Shown: positions 38,001 to 53,000 of the stretch, piece after piece
Numbering within the stretch: the stretch's first letter is position 1
How the letters are laid out: the number at the start of each line of letters is the position of its first letter
From: Lytechinus pictus
Lineage: Eukaryota
Length of the DNA stretch: 64,000 bases
Assembly (NCBI RefSeq): GCF_037042905.1
Contig: NC_087252.1
Span: 9,488,001 to 9,552,000 of the forward strand
Direction of reading: 5' to 3'
Program-made: the position numbers and the translations under genes
Notes under the pieces: generated by a model
The model's input: the letters and a program-made list of their open reading frames with translations, nothing else
Told to the model about the DNA's origin: nothing
The model's database searches: none

Positions 38001-41000
38001 GCCACTTTACCTATAGCAACAGGAAGCTCTGGCAAGGTACTGGGAACTGAAGGAAACAGACAAGATTCAACATTATATCAGAGAGATCCACTTCTCAGTA
38101 CTCTCCATCAGAGATGCAGTCAAGGCCATATTTTACCGCCTTCAGCCTCGACCCGAGTCACATGTACAAAATCCATGGGAGAACACTTTCCCCAATGGCC
38201 TTGTGACTCTGATCTACCAGCCTTTACTACATCCCTGCTCTCCATTATAACCAGCAATACTAACAACAATAACATGTTCTTAAAAACTACATTCATTTAT
38301 CTACATTGTACTTATTTATTCATTTTAGGTTTTTCACCTCCGGTGCATAAAAATGGAACCATTATCAAGCTAAGGACGGGGTATTATGCTGCATTTGTTA
38401 TAAAGGGCTTGGAGACCTGTGATAAGGGTCGAGCGATATGTAAGTAAAACAGAACAATTTGGATAAGCAATTGATAAATATTTTCCATACCAGTGATAAT
38501 TTCATTTTAGCAGAACCTAATCATGGTCAGACTAGTATGGTAATCTTCAGTATTAGGATCTGACAAATATAACATGGATTTTTTTTTAAGTTCCTAACAA
38601 TACAAATTAGACATGATCACGAAATTTCAATTAGTAAAAAGTAATAATGGAACTTTTTTTAGCTGCAAATTTTGTGACTCAACATTTTTTGGCCTGAAAA
38701 ATTGAATTTTCCATGAATTTTTGTGCTCTTCCAAAATTCTGTGCAATTTTTTGCATTATCTGTATCGCAGAAGCCTAACAGACTTGGGAGATTTCCACTG
38801 GTAAATGGTTTGTTTTATTTGATTTTCCTTTGAATTTCATGAATTTTCAGTGTAAAGTTTTCATCAAAATTCCGTGAAATTTTTGCATTTTCTCTCCCGC
38901 GGAAAACTATGGACTCGATCCTACCTCTTCCCGTAGGAGTGTGCTTCTGGATGACTTCTTTGATCTTGAAAAATTTCTCTGTAGGCTCGCCAGACTCGGA
39001 GAGAGGCGCATCATAATCTGAAGTATGAAATGAAAAAATTTCCTGACGCGATTAATTGAAATTTAAAGACAAGAGAAATTCTCTTTTTTAATCCTGAAAT
39101 TGGTATAATGAGATGCAGATTGGCCCTGAAAAGACTTGGGGTCTAATTAAATTCAATTCAATTCAATTTAATTTATTTGTAAACATAATCAAGAAGTTAC
39201 AAAGTTAAATAACAGATACATAGGACTGAGCCAGGACCTATTAAATTCAGCCTGTGCTTATACTTGAGGCCCTAAATGACAATCAAGAAATACAATGAAA
39301 TACAAAAAAAAATAACATTAACTTTGTTTAAAAAACATTATTTTTTTCATTTCTAAAATGTTACATTATGCTGACATGACTTTTTCTTTCACTCAATAAG
39401 TATCATGAAATAGGTCCCTACACTTTGGTAAAAGCTATGATGAAATTTAGAAAAATAATGCCTGGGTATTAAGATTTGGCCTATTAAACAGCACTTAGTC
39501 TACATATGATTTATAGATTAACTGAAGTTTCATTAGTAGAGGAAGTAAAAATAAGACCATCTGTGCATTAGACCATTTAACAATTGGATTAAGTGGTTAT
39601 CAGACCAAGATAGTGTTGTGTAGACCGAGCGACAATATGACCAAATTGACAGTAGACCAAATGGAAATAGCCCATGCGGCATTGGACGAAGTAGACCAAG
39701 CGCTTGTAGAACAAGTGAATATGAAAATAAACCCCATAATTTCATTTCATTTCGTTAATTTCCATTTTCAACAATTACAGTTTGTTTTGTACATTTTGAC
39801 ATACAAATAACAAACCATATTACAAGCATCCCTGTACAAAAATTATATTCAAGATTATTTAATACATATCAGGTTGGAAATGAAGGAGGCTGCTGAAAAT
39901 CGGAGCTTGTAGAGTGCAGCCTCCTAATAAATATTCTTGGAGTTACATAGCATATACAAATCAAAATAACAACTTGAGCATTAACCAATTAAATTAAAAA
40001 AATATAGGGGGAAATTAAAATAGAAAAGGAAATAAGAAAAAGATTAGAGGTCTCCAGAATCCAGCCCCAGTACTCACAAACAGACCTTGCTGATCAACAG
40101 GAAAACGAAAGAGATGGAAAAGTGTACGTCACACGATAATCATGTTTGTTTAAAAAAAATACAAGAGTTTGAGTGATGAAGATGTAATTCAATGGTTATT
40201 TAATTAGACCCAGCAATAAGACCAAAGTGATATTAGACCAAATAAGATTAAATAGCCCAGGTAGTACAAGTATTAAGCTTTATTTATGAGTAGACCAACT
40301 GCTTATAGGCGAAGTGGGTACAATCCCACATTAAGATCATACCATAGCTAGTTATGGTGGGTTTGTAGATGCCCTTATCTATGTTGCCTCCGTTCATAAA
40401 CCCAAAGTTCGTCCCGCCGTGGTACATGTAGAAGTTAATGGACGCTCCCTTGACCAGGATACTCTTGGTCAGCTCGGCAATGCCATCGGCTGTGTAGATG
40501 TGATGCCTCTCACCCCAATGGTCAAACCAGCCCGACCAGAACTCCATGGTCATCAGTGGGAGATTGTCACCCTGATAAAATGAAGAGAGAAAGAGAGAGA
40601 GAGGGGGAGAGAGAGAGATGAGATATACATGTACATTTGTATGATGGTCCTGTGTTGATAAACAAATAATGAATGTTTATGACTGCAATGGACAAAATAC
40701 TTCATGAGGTGAAAGATGAAAAGATCCATTCAAATGAGGCATAGCCGAGTTGAATGGATCATTCATTTCATTTTTAACCGAATGAAGTATTCTATCCATT
40801 GCACGAATGGAAATAACATTTATTATTCGGTTTACTGTATATGACACCTAAAAAATATTATTTTTCATATAAATTTTATGAATTTCGATGCAAAATATGC
40901 GAGCTCGGTCTTTTGATTGTCGCGTACATACAGCATGCCCGATGCAAACACGAGTGGTTTTACTTGTAGTGCCTGTAGTCTCAGTGCACGCGTGCAATGG

Positions 41001-44000
41001 ACAAAATTGTATGGATCAAAAATTGCACGGTCGATGACGTCACTTTAAAATTGGCTGAATGATTGATATCAAACAACCAATAATCTATCTAGGTGTCATA
41101 TAATTACAGTTGTATCAATACAAAAAGACAAAGGCCTGTATCCTGAAGTCAGGTTTAATTTAAACTCTGGTCTAAAATCGTGCCTTTTATACTATGGACA
41201 GCCAATCGTGACATAAATCGCAAACAGTAGAGGTTCAATGTACCAGCTACCTACTGTCTGGGAAGATTAAATAAGATAGTTGTCTTCACCATTAAATAAT
41301 TCAGAAAGGGCACAGTAAAACTTACAATGTAAACAACATTTTGACACTTTTGGCTTCCCATAATTTTAGCACAGAGTTACACCATGGTCCAAGTTAAACC
41401 AGACATCAGAATACAGGCCCATGTATAAAGTAAATCAATTGTACACTGTCAGAGTGTTAAAACAAATGCAATTTTAGTTGAAGGAGTTTAGTGATTTACA
41501 TTTTTTCAAGGTGTTTTCTAGTCACCAGCAATAGTATATAATATTCAACTAATGGGTGTAGAAAATGGTCTCTTTCTTCTGGGGAACATTAGAGGAGTAT
41601 AAAGTCTGTGATTTTTTTTCACTGGCAGCTTGTTATAAGCTAATGAAGTCATTGCATCTGGTTGGCACAGAGCAAAATTGTCAGCAAAATTCACCGACAA
41701 ACATGCTTTGTCAAACACTCCATGTAATTTGTATGATTAAAGGACTCTGTCTCAAGGCTTGTTGGGCCAAACTACACAATGTGGTCACTAAACAAAAGGT
41801 GAAGTAGCACGAAAATATTTGCAATAAAATGGAAATTTCTGTTGCAATTTTCAAATAGGGAGATGAATTTTAGCTGTTGCAAATCACTTAACTCTCTCTG
41901 TTGCAAGGCCTACAAAATTTTGCAAATTTGTGATTAAATGCAAGACATGTGTGATTTTTCACTGACAGTTTGTTATAAAAGCTCCTGACAACATTGCATC
42001 TAATTGGCAGAGATCAACATTGTCAACAAGTATCACTGATAAAATGGTTCATGAAGCACTTGAATGTAATTTGTGTGACTTAAAGGAGAATGAAACTCTT
42101 GGAGCAAGTTAGCTTTTGTGAAAGCAGAAAAATCAAAGAATAAGATCAACAAAAGTTTGAGTAAAATAGGACAAGCAATAGAAGAGTTATGAGCATTTGA
42201 ATGTCGAGATCACTAATGCTATGGAGATCCTCCCATTGGCAATGCGACCAAGATCTATGATGTCACAGATGAACAACTCTCCCCTTTTGGACACTGAAAA
42301 TATACCCCAAAACATCTCTTTTTGCTCATTCTAATCATATGACAAACGATTCATCAATGATTTAATGTTGTGAAACCTCTGTACTTGTCCTCTCATAAAG
42401 AGAACACCTCACCTTGTGATAGACTCTATAAAAGTGAGAATATAAGTGAAATAAGTACTAAAGTAATGAGGGAGTTGTACGTGTGTGACATCACAGATCT
42501 TGGTCGCATTGCCAATGGGAGGATCTACATGGCATTAGTGATCTCAATATTCAAATGCTCATAACTTTCTTATTATTCATTCAATCTTCCTCAAACTTTC
42601 AACAATATGTTTCTTTTATTTTTCTCTTTGATATGGATTCAGCTGGTTTCAAGGGTTTCATTCTCCTTTAAGGACTCTGTCTCATGCACATAGCTTGTTG
42701 GGCAATAACACAATGGGTGATTTCAAGTTCAGTGTTGACCTTTTGGTGTTGGTGTTAGGTCAATTTTTACACGATTATAACACCAAACATAAAATGAAGA
42801 TGGTCCTGAAAAGTCAGTCACTAGTTGTTGAGATGTCAATAATGTGATCTGGATAAGTCTTACAAACTCTGAATAAGTTTTGGAGCTAGGGGAAGCGATT
42901 CAAATTTTTAACACGAACACCAACACCAAGGCCAACACCAGACTTGAAATCACCCAATGTGGTCACTTTATCGAAGGTGTTGCAAGAAAATCGATGCAAT
43001 CAATTGTAAATTTCTGTTGCAATATTACAATAGAGAGATCAACTTTAGCTGTGGCAAATCTGTTAACACTCCGTGATGCGAGAGGAGATCAGTAATCGAT
43101 TACAAATTTGTGATTAATTGCAAGACATATGATTGATTTGGATACCTACAATAAAGTTGCAATTGATCACACATTGATTGCAAACTCCTGAATTGGTTTC
43201 TATGAAAGCTTACCTGTAAAGCCTTCAAGTCTCCAAAATGCCTTTCCACGTTGTCCTGAAAGTTTGCTGTCATCAGAACTGAAAAAAAATACACAAAACT
43301 GGAATGTATCTTCTGCTTTATTATTATTTGTGGAGCAATGGCACTGTGGCCCAGTGGATTGGTCTACGGACTTTGAAACAGAGAGTCATAGGTTTAAATC
43401 CCTGCAATGGTGTAATTTCATTCGGCAAGAAATTGATCTAATTGTCCCAGTTCAAGCTCAGAGTCAAAACAACATGCTACCTGGTTTGAAATGCAGAAAG
43501 AAACATAGACCCTGTTATTAGATTATTTTATTTTTATCCCGGGTAGAAGTAATAGTACTAGTAGTAACAATTATAGGAGTGTTAGCGGTGGTGGGAGAGT
43601 TAAATTGCCATAATTAAATATACAGGTACATGTACATGAACATGTACGTAATACATACATGTACGAGTTGGAAGCTATTCATGCAAGGTCACATGACGAC
43701 ATGTGACCAATGAAATAACCTATATTTTTCATGACTTACCACCTGGCAATCGTCCCTTTTTCATAGCCTTCTTTGAGTTATCGGATGTAACTAGTAATTC
43801 TGTCACACCTTTCGTCACCATAGCCTGAAATGATCAAAAGCAAATGATTTTATTTTTCCAGAGAGAGGTGGAGGGAAGGGAAGGTCATACTTTAATACAA
43901 ACAATTAATTGGAAAGAATACTATCTGAGAATGTCCGTCTCAAACAAGAAGATGCAAATTTCATATATACCATATCAAATTTGCATCTCCTTGTTTGAGA

Positions 44001-47000
44001 TGGACATTTTGAAAAAGGATTCTTTGTAGTATGCCTAATAAAGAATTGGAACTCTTGTTGGAATGGTCCCCAGGGAGTGGAGAAAGTGCATACAATGGGT
44101 GCAGGCATGCCAGGATGCAATGACTGGGGTAATAATATCTACAATGTAAAGCACTATTAAGAAACATAAAGTATTAAAAGCACTATATAAATGTATTAAA
44201 CTATTATTATCATGCTAATAAAATAATTAGAATTGAGAACCATTTAAAATCCTGCTTAAAATAAAGTTTGATAAACACACAAGAGAATGATGACTGTGCT
44301 GTAGATGCATGCATTAATTCTTACATGACATATTCAGGCAATAGATTTTAAATATTACGGCTATACAGTGTACATGTACATAACACTCTTTGAAGAAATA
44401 CCTACATGTATACAGCTATTGTATTATCTCAGTCATCAGATTTGTCTAATGCAAATAATCCAAGCTATAAATATTTCCATTACATGTACATGTACATTGC
44501 ATGAACAGCTGCTCCCAAATCAATAATTGTTTTCCCATTCACAAAACATTCTTGCCAACAGATTGCAAATAGAAGTTGGCAGCTCGGCTTCAATTCTCAA
44601 TATCAAATTATTCATTGAAGATAATTTAACTACTTGGCTTTAAACATCATAATTCAAAATGCATTATTATATTAAAGTTAATTAACAATGATCAGAGAAA
44701 TGAAACAGTGCCAATTTATCTTGGTACAAAATTTTCTGTCCTCCATGAATTACCAAATTTAGGGATTTTCAGCAAAATTCATCAAGAGATAACAAAATGA
44801 AAAAAAAAACTACATGTAAGGGGGAGTGAACTGATCAAAACATGTAGTCTATCCTTGACTGTATATAGGCTAGTCTTATTATATACCCTTGAAATAGTTA
44901 TATAAAGAGAATAATTAGCCTATAATTTCATTTTTGCAGACACTAGAATGTTTTTTAGAGGAATTCAATACCTGTTCTCTCACTTGCTAACATAATCGTG
45001 CAATGTGATATGAATAAAGTAATGAATTAGTATGTTCTCATTCAAGTGAGTCTCTGTTACAAGACTACATTCCTCAGAATGTTCCTAACTTCCTATATGT
45101 GTTTGGAACCTGGCCAGATATGATTAGTAAAGGACCTGAGGTGGGGCTATTATCAAAGGCTGTTGGTTTGTACACCCTTTAATTATTTATTTATTAAAAA
45201 CAACAAAGTTATATCGCGTTTATAAAAAAAATTACATAAAAATACATTCAACATCCAATCAAAAAGCTCAATTCACACAAATCCTACATCATAAGGAACA
45301 AAAAAAAAAAAAAAAAATGTTGTTTATCATGTTGGGGACGCACGTGTTTGATCACGATAAACCAAAATCTAAAATACATGCAGCTAAATAATATAAAAAC
45401 AATGAATTCTGACTGATCAGATTAAATTTGACTCACCTCTTTAACAAACTCCATATATGCCGCGCTGTCACCATAGGACCCATATTCATTCTCCACCTGA
45501 AATGCTATAATAGGTCCACCCCTGTTGTACTAAATAAAATAAAACAATTATTTAATTTTTTTTTAAATTAAAATGATTGTAAAATGATTTTCTTACAATA
45601 TGAAATATTTCCAGTGTTTGAATGGGTGGGGTGATAATCTGACAATAAATGGACAAAATTATCACTTCAAGTTAAACTTAAGACGTGACAAACTATTAAA
45701 GGATACTTTAATTCAAGAAAAATTAAGGAAACTATAATTTTTTTTTTAGGGGGGTGGGGGCCTGAGGGGTGATTAATTTTCACTGATTTTTCTCACAATC
45801 ACGTGCTCAACAGCCATCACCTCTAAGGTAGGGGTGGACTTTGATATTTCACAACCCACCTCCCTCTCCCAATACAATTTCAATACAGCCCTGGGGCCCG
45901 TTGCAGAAAGAGTTGCAATCAATTGCAACTCTAAAAATCATGCGCAACTTGATTTTCAACAGCGCGCATTTGGGACTTGCGATTGATTTTTTGACTTGCG
46001 TTTAAACGCAACTCTTTCTGCAACGGACCCCTGGTGGGCGTTTCATAAAGCTGTTTGTAAAATACGAGTGACTTTACAAACATCTTGTGTTAAATGATAT
46101 ATCGTTATGTAATAGCACCAAAGAATTAGAATATGTTCCAGACTTCCAGTCACGTGTAAAGTCGTGAATAGCTTTACGAACAGCTTTAGAAAACACCCAC
46201 CTGGGTCCTGTCTTACAAAGAGTCGCGATTGATCCCATCAACCACAACTATGGAAAGCTAGCAATTCCAACGTCTAAAAATGCATGTTTGTTCAAACAAA
46301 TTTTGAGATATGATGTGTACTCATATATCCATCATTGTCTTGACGATTCAGTGTGGTCCTATGTCTTTACAATGTTTTTCCCCACTGCAACAAAGTAGGA
46401 AAAAAAAAATTATGACAATGATGGAATTCCATATAGTGGAGGTTGATATATAGGCCCTGTCTTACAAGGAGTTGTGATTGATCCAATCAACCGCAGCTAC
46501 GAAAAGCCAGCAACGTCAACATCTAATTGATGTATATTCATACATTCACTTTTATTCTGGACAATTCAGCATGCTTCTCTTTGTTTTCAAAGGACATTGA
46601 GCCAATTTCCTGTACAAAAAAATTATGACATTGATGGATTTCCATAGTTACGATTGATGGGATCAATTGTAACTCTTTGTAAGACGGGGACCTGGATCCC
46701 ATCTTACAAAGAGTTACAATTTATCTGATCAACCTCATTATGGAAATCCATCAATGTCATAATTTTTTCTACAGGAAATAATCACAATGTCCATTGTTAA
46801 CAAAGAGAAACACATTGAATTATCAAGAAAACTATGAGGTACATGTATAAATATACATAATTTCAAGAAAAAAATTTTGAATGAATATATGCATGTTATA
46901 CGTTGACATTGCTGGCTTTCCATAGTTGTGGTTGATTGGATCAATCTTTAACTCTTTGTAAGACAGGACCCTGTTAAAGGGCTAAGTGTTGACTTACTTG

Positions 47001-50000
47001 AAGTGGGACAACCTTTGGAATGAGGTGATCAAAGTACTTGGTGACTGCTTCGGTAAACAGGGGATAGGTCGTCCTTACTTTCATTTCATCATCTGCCAAT
47101 AACCAGCTGTATCAAAGGTCAAAGGTCACAAATTAACAAATGTACAATGATTTTACATGCAGTACATGTAAACATGAATCTAAGTAATAATATTAATAAT
47201 CATACTTGCTTATATCGCTCGACACTTACTTCATTAGAAGTCTCTATTAAAGGTAAATGCTAGCTTTGGTAACGATATCAAAATGAGTTCGTACAGAATC
47301 CAATGAAATGACCACCAAAGTGTCTGTTTGTATGAATAAAACGCATGTGCCAAAGGATTCTGGAAGAAATTGTGTAATTGCTGAGAAATCAGCAAATAAG
47401 CACAGGATTCGGGTAGAGCGTCGGGCCCGACGCTCAAAGCAATAATTATACACTGTCCCACGTGCGCTTATCTGTGTTGGGGAAGTTCAGTCTGAACATT
47501 ATTCAGCGTAGATTTCAAGATTTCACAAAGTTCAGTTTATGTAACTGTACCAGATCTAGATCCTCGATGATATACTGACAATTAAGCCTGGTTTTACAGA
47601 CTTTCTCATGAAATCAGTGTTTACTGCAACTACTGGAATTTCTCTTTAAGCGCTCTACTAAGTCAATAATACAGCATAATTACCCTGGCTTTAGCAGAGC
47701 AGCTGTTACGCGCACTGCCTTTCAAGGAATAAATTCCTACCAGGAAACATTCACCTCAACTCGGTTGCGTGAAGCACAATGTAATTTCTTGCTGAAGGAA
47801 AAGACACCATGGCTTGGAATCAAACCCACATCCCTCAGATTGAAAGACTGAAGTCATAACCACTAGACCACGATGCCCCCATAGTACTTTTCTACTCTTT
47901 CTTCTTTACCACCTTTATAGAATACAAAATGACAACAGTAGGCCTACTATGAAGTAGAAGAAAATAAATTTTTATAATATTATTTTCATTTTGCTCCTTT
48001 CGTTTAATTGTCATTGTAAGTATCATAATAATCACTACAGTTATACATTCTCATAATCATTAAAATTAAAAGTAATTTTCATGACTTCTGTGACCTTTAT
48101 CGGTTGACCTGAAAAAAATGGGATGAAGAGACGGACAAATAGATGGACAGCCTCTCTGGCATACACCGTTAGTGGGCAAGCGAGCGGGGGCATAAACAGA
48201 GAAAATTGAAGGAAATCTTACCTTGGCAGACCACCAAGTTCCCATTCAGCACAAATGTAAGGACCTGGTCTAAAAATAACATATAGGCCAACCTTTTGGG
48301 CTATCTTCAAGAACTCTCTGAAAATTGAAGAAATATAAAAATTGCATTTTACAATAATGAGAAATACACAATTGAAAAAAAAACCATAGAACAAACATGA
48401 CATACATGTACCCCCCCCCAAAAAAAAAGAGAAGCTCATTCTGATGATAATTTGTCTACCCTGCAAAGTTTCTTGTTTTGATGCAGGAAAACTTTCATTT
48501 GAAGGCACAAAAGTTTTAATCAAAATGATAAAAAAGATGATTATAATCCCATGGCACTCATTGAACATGTAAATGTGTACATTTTATGTTCATACTACCG
48601 GTATGTACAAGCATATCACGTTAAACAATGTTTCATTACAAAAATATATCAGCTCATATATTGAATTCCATTCAAGGGCAGATCCAAGCTATTTGACTTG
48701 TGATGTACCAGGACCTTTAGAGACTTAAAAGTTAACATTAAAAAAAAAAAAAAGAACAGGGAATCTTTTATGGATTTTGGAAGGCCAGATGTGACCTCTT
48801 TAATTAGTAAAAAAAAAAGTAATCTACAATTCCATTAATGATGAAATATTAAATTAATGTGCTCTTTAACATACCGGACGAGACAAAAACTGATTTCTTT
48901 TTTTAGCTTGTCATTAAAACTCTGTGAATTGGATTGGCCCAAAGCTGGAAATCTCTCATTATTTTCATCTGGTATCTTATGCCATAAATGAAATGATAGA
49001 ACTCGTTATTATGCAATAGCTCAAAATGTAAACGTCCGCGCTGTGACGTACGGGACATTTGTCCAAAAACAAATGGGGAAAGTGAAATTTCATCAAAATT
49101 TATACTTGATGTATTAAAACCAAAGTAAGTTAAGTTTTACATAGATTATCATGATTGATATATATATATTTCTATAATAGTATACACAAAACATAGCAAA
49201 CACTTTACGACCTTATAAATATTATGAAAGATGTCTTGCAAATATTTCCATGTGTTATTGAATGGGGAAAGTGAAATTTCATCAAAATTTATAATAAACT
49301 GGATATAAACCAAAGTTAGTACATTTAAAATGGACTATTATGATTGATATTTATGTCTCTTATGGTATGTGATGAAACAAAACATAAACACTTTTATATG
49401 AACTTATAATAATTTATGAAAGATTTAATTGATGACATAAGACCTACATGTATGTGAGCAAGGATGCTAATTATATATGCACCCTTGTTATTTATTACCA
49501 ATCATAACTTTGTATCAACCTTTTACCAATACTCGACAATTGATATATTTCAATAAACTTTATCTTTGCTTCTAATTGAAAAATAACCCTAATAGGAAAT
49601 ACATAGAAATCATATACTGTGTGGTGTGTCCCGTACATGTACATTGTACGTCACACAATTGTCCCGTACGTCACAAAGCTTAATTAGCTGATATAATTAC
49701 ATGTATGAAATTAATTCAGTAAATTCACTTCCATTTTTGGATACAGAACTCTCCAAAGTGTGAAGAAAACTGTTTAACTTTAGTATCTAAATGCCTGTTG
49801 GACACCAGATAATTAACATAATTAATTAATTTTCAAAATCTTTTTTTTTTCTCAAATGTTTGCATTAACTTTTAGCACTACATGTACATGACCCCAAAGA
49901 AATATTTGCTAATTATAATTTGCATTATCTGCAGATAAAAAAATGTGATGTCCCGTACATCACGCTAATTCATGATTTCTTGGAATCATGACCTTGGCAT

Positions 50001-53000
50001 TCATTATTAAACTTAACGTTTTCAGAAGCAAAAAAATTCAGAGTATACAGAAAGCTTAAAAATGATGTATGTTACAAGATAGGCAAAGATTTAATTTTGG
50101 CTTCAGAGAGAACAATAGCTTGGACCTGCCCTCAAACAATGCCTCTTAAATTTCAATTCATAATTGGGAGGGAGCCAAAAATAAAATATTAACATTTATT
50201 TACAGCACTTTGATGGGATCACAGGAAGGATTCAATTTCAATTAGAAGTTCGGGGAGACCGGGGTTAGTTGGAACGCGGGGTAAGTTGAAACATTGTAAT
50301 TTTCTTTAACGCCTGTAAAATAAATTAATGCAATACTGCCCCCAATTTATTGCTATTAATAATACAACAATGTTGTATTATTAATAGTGCTAAGTTGAGG
50401 GCAGTATTGCATAAATTTATTTTACAGGCGTTAAAGAAAATTACAATGTTTCAACTTACCCCGCGTTCCAACTAACCCGGTCTACCCTACACATACATGT
50501 AGTTGTATGATTTTTCATTATACTTCAGAGTCAGTATGATGGTGGTCCCCAAGTCTGCGCACCTCACGATATGAGTTAAGATTTAACATGAATTTCTTTT
50601 TATTTCACCATATCTTTCAGTAAATAATGTTCCTTTATTATTATGATTAAATGTAACAAATATCTCATAAAAATTTGAAAGAAATATAGGATTTTCTTGG
50701 AAAAAACCTTGGGCAGTCATTTTCAGACTGGAAAAAAAAATGAAACCCCATGTCTGCGCACCATTCACTTTGCACAGGATTCAGGGATTTTGATGAGAAA
50801 GTCTGCATTTTGAGGCCGTCACATGAAATTCCCAAAATTCATCATTTTCCACCATTGTGAGTCAGATTTTTTAATGAATATATCTGTGTATATTGCATGT
50901 GTAAAGTTTGTGTTCGTCCACTTCGTCACGTATCTTCTTTTACTAGAATCGCGCATGTACGCAGACAAGGGAGACTGCACACTGAGAATTGGGGGAACTT
51001 GCCATAAATATTTTTAAGAGAGATGATGAAGGACAATGGACAAGTATTTCAATGGTTAGTTTTTACTTTACACATTTTTTCTCATAAAAATGAAAGTTAA
51101 AGCTATAATATAAAGCTTTTTTTAAATCTTTTGTTGTAACTGTTCATAATGTAGTATGCTTCAAGTACACTGTAGAAGAACAAAGTCATGCAGTTAACAT
51201 GTACACTGATTGAAGAAGATTAAAGAGTACACCCAAGATAACATGCGACTGTGAGTCTGGTTTTCAAGTTTTCCTTGATATGTAAATACGGAAATATGAT
51301 ACCATTCATTTTTTCCCCATAATCAAATTAAAAGGCAACTTTATATCAAAATTCAGACTGAAAAGGAGTGCATTGGGGGGAAATTTCAGCTGATGTTCAA
51401 TTTCACTTTATGTGCTAATATTTACTTTAATAACAAACTGATTTAAATTCCTTCATTTTGCCAGCAAAATATATTCTGGGTTTTAAAGGTTTATCAAGGC
51501 TACACCTGGCTCCACCTATCATTCAAGTGTGGTATTATGAAATGTATGGTATAATAGGGAAAACTTCTATTGTCAGGTTTGTTTTACTGTTCACTCTAGT
51601 TCATTTTTGCAGCAACATAATCTCAAGGTTCAATCATAACAAGCACAAGAGGGGATTTGAGGGTATTTCAAAAAATTGGCAGTTTATCCACTGAATGGAT
51701 ATTTGATACCTGTCTATCTTAATAAAAAAATAGTCAAACTAGTTAACAGAGTAGGGTATATAATAATTATCAACAAAAAAAAAATAATAATAATAATATA
51801 ATAATAGATAATAATAATAATAATATTAATAACAACAGTAATAATAATATAAAATGATGATGATGGTAATAATAAATGATTAATCTATAAAAAATAATAC
51901 ACAAAAATTGAAAACTAACAACAATCAAATATAAAAATTATACTAATAACCCCCCCCCAAAAAAAAAAAAGATATATATATATAACAGTAGTTTCTAAAC
52001 TATTTTCATTTAGTAGCCAAATTTAAATCCTGTAGGCTATTTGTAATGGAGAGGCATGAAAACAGAAAAATAATATTTGTCCTAAAAAAGGATGAAGCCA
52101 TTGCCTACCACTGTACCCAATACCCATTGATTTCTGTCTCCTCTCCTCTCCCCTCCCTCAACCCAAATAGCCGGATCCTTTCATTAGAACATTTGCATTA
52201 CACAAGACGCCCCTGCTGTTAGTGTTATACTTGGACTTCAATGTGAGCAATACCAATATTGAACTTCCCTGCACAATCACAAGCACCTACATGTATAGGC
52301 AAATTTGACAGTGCAAGTTGAGTTTGAATGGATAATTTAAACACAATGGAAAATAAACGCATGATGCACAAGTACTGTACAAAAGCACAGTCTGTAATGC
52401 TCGAGTTGAAAACAAAATCAAAGAATACTGATAATATTCAAACAGTGCACAGGTAAGGAATTGGAAAACCGGCCAAAGTTCAATTTGGGGAAGAAATGAA
52501 AAGCATGTAGTACAAGTAAATTACAGTAGGTTTTGGAAAATCATTCAAGGGAATGTTTTTTAGGGTATATTTTCATTTTTTTTCTGTCATCTTCCAATGG
52601 AATCCATAATTGTTGGCATTCAGCATAAAGGCGATTCTGCAAACATATCTTCGAAAGGACTATTACAGAGACACTAAATGTACAGTGCACTGAGATGTCT
52701 TGCAAAATCCTTTTTTTTCACACTAAAGCTTTAAGTTTCACATAAAAATATAACAAGTGGAACGCCTCTGGCAGTCTCGCCTGCATTACGCGATTTAAGC
52801 TCAGCAGTGCTAACTTTGAAAACTACTATAAAATAATCATTCACAAAAACTCCATTCATATAATGACATAATACCACGTTCATTGACCATAAATGACATT
52901 TGAACGGTGACTTAAGACTTGTCAACTACATCCATGTCCACATTTCAATCACTCTATCTATAAACTTTCAAAGTTATGATGGCAATTCAACAATTACCCC

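Noticed and set aside
37986..38447. 153-aa plus-strand ORF
   Set aside because: Non-ATG start, antisense to GH35 exon 10 and intron 9, no recognisable similarity
42370..42564. 64-aa ORF duplicated at 26455-26649, suggesting a small gene family
   Set aside because: Both lie within near-identical MITE copies, use a non-ATG start and show no recognisable domain
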